A DNA stretch of 47,301 nt from Verrucomicrobiales bacterium. GTDB taxonomy: Bacteria > Verrucomicrobiota > Verrucomicrobiia > Verrucomicrobiales > V1-33. A model generated the notes under the pieces. It worked only from the letters and a program-made list of their open reading frames with translations, did not search any database and was not told where the DNA came from. Of this stretch, positions 46,101 to 47,301 are shown in pieces. Position numbers and translations under genes: made by a program. The stretch's first letter is position 1; each line of letters begins with the position of its first letter. The stretch lies in NCBI GenBank assembly GCA_031411295.1, contig JANOAV010000197.1, forward strand, positions 1-47,301, given 5' to 3'.

Positions 46101-47167
46101 ATGAGAATCCTCAGCTTTAGCGCCACTCGTTACCGTTCACTTCGCGCCGTCGGCGGTTGGGAACCGGGGCCGCTCAACGTGCTTATCGGTCCCAATGGGT
46201 CCGGCAAGAGTAATGTTCTGCGTGCGATTGACCTCCTCTCCGCATCAGCGCAAGGCCGGCTCAGCAAAGCCGTGCAGGTTGCTGGGGGGATTGAACCGAT
46301 TCTCTGGGACGGGCAGGAGGACGACTTCGGTCTGTGCGTGGAATGTAGTCCCACGGAGGAGGGCAGAGACGCAACAAGAGAGTCCCTGACCTACGACCTG
46401 AGATTAGCTAGGTTAGGGAGGGGGGCGATTTTGAAGTCGGTTTTGAGCAATTGGCAAATTTTAGTCGGGTGCGGCAGAAACAGTTCAGTCAACCGTTCAA
46501 ATTTCTTGAGAGGAACGGCGTAAGGGTGCGGATTTTCGACGAAAATGAACGGGAGCTAACGCAACCCGAGGATGAAATACCGCCTCAAGAAACCATGCTT
46601 TCATTGGCAAAGGGCCCTTTCACTCAAAATAGAATTCTGTCTCAGTTTAGGTCACAGTTGGCGGGATTTTCCGTTTACCACGACTTCCACACAAACAGGG
46701 ATGCGCTCATCCGCCAACCTACCGTAACCCGCCATGAAACTCGGGTTGATCCTGACGGACAGAACCTTGTGTCTGTGCTTCATACTCTCTACACAGGTGA
46801 CCGAGACTTCAAGAACGAAATCAACGACGCCATGACCGCAGCTTTCGGAAGCGACTTTGAGGAACTGGTATTCCCTCCCGCCGCCGACCAACGAATTCAG
46901 CTTCGTTTGCGTTGGCGTAGCCTGAAACGCGAGCAGTCCGCAGCCGATCTCTCGGATGGGACGTTGCGCTTTCTCTTTCTCCTAACCGTGCTCGCTTCTC
47001 CCGATCCAGCACCTGTAATCGCAATTGATGAGCCAGAAACTGGACTGCATCTGTCAATGCTTCCCATCGTGGCTGAATATGCGGTTCAGGCTTCGCGCAA
47101 AGCTCAGGTAATACTCACAACACATTCGCCACAACTGCTGGATGCCTTTAGCGACACCAAACCCTTA
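46101..47167 (+). pseudogene. ABC/AAA_21-type ATPase, frameshifted and IS-interrupted
   Basis: Frame 1: Walker A IGPNGSGKSN. After the G6 run at 46420-46425, the -1 frame continues DFEVGF...LSDGTLRF...IAIDEPETGLH...ILTTHSPQLLDAF, then runs into an IS end at about 47168. Confidence 0.85.
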
Positions 47168-47301
47168 GAACCTGTCCGGCAAATAAACTTAACAGCCATA
47201 ATGGGATTACTTAGTGAGGCGTCTGACGGCGAAGCCGATCATGGCGAGATAGACAAAGGCTTCGTGGTGACTGGGTTTGCGCTCGTGGTCGCGCACGAGG
47301 C
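47168..47301 (-). mobile_element. IS5-family insertion sequence, one end (truncated by window)
   Basis: Junction TTA|GAACCTGTCCGGCAAATAA (candidate target trinucleotide plus terminal inverted repeat). The minus strand encodes a transposase C-terminus. Confidence 0.8.
47207..47301 (-). CDS. IS5-family transposase, C-terminal fragment
   Basis: Minus-strand translation LVRDHERKPSHHEAFVYLAMIGFAVRRLTK-stop matches the RRLxRDYER...xLAMxxLxLRRL tail characteristic of IS5-family (IS1031-like) transposases. Confidence 0.82.
   Translation of the reverse strand, partial: LVRDHERKPSHHEAFVYLAMIGFAVRRLTK

Noticed and set aside
46023..46523. 166-aa ORF as a complete gene
   Set aside because: It is the 5' part of a frameshifted ATPase. 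The residues after LARLGRG are out-of-frame sequence.

Overview
GC-rich bacterial chromosome segment, probably PVC superphylum/Verrucomicrobia. This is inferred from two PVC-type dehydrogenase-like giant proteins, a planctomycete-cytochrome-c/WD40 protein and A/C-rich translation-initiation tracts. The left part carries a PepSY/RND-adaptor cluster divergent from an OmpR-type two-component system, then PLD, a multi-PAS kinase-like gene, an SGNH/propeller hydrolase, ybeY with a 7TM-HD phosphohydrolase, HupE/UreJ, GNAT, GT2, an esterase, the WD40-cytochrome and a FabZ-like gene. About 20.2-29.2 kb is an accessory block. It holds a tandem paralog pair, an unknown gene preceded by a strictly phased 21-bp GGGGCG-core array with a 126-bp super-period, a small putative restriction endonuclease coupled to an amino-methyltransferase, and a low-GC, translationally coupled HEPN + ORC/CDC6-like ATPase pair (candidate undescribed anti-phage system). 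The right part carries two modular PVC dehydrogenase-like proteins, a GT39, a TetR-RND efflux operon with a tandem operator, bioB, and an ABC/AAA_21 ATPase pseudogene that is frameshifted and interrupted by an IS5-family element at the window edge. I recognised no rRNA, tRNA or CRISPR array. All family calls come from motif recognition by eye, not database searches.
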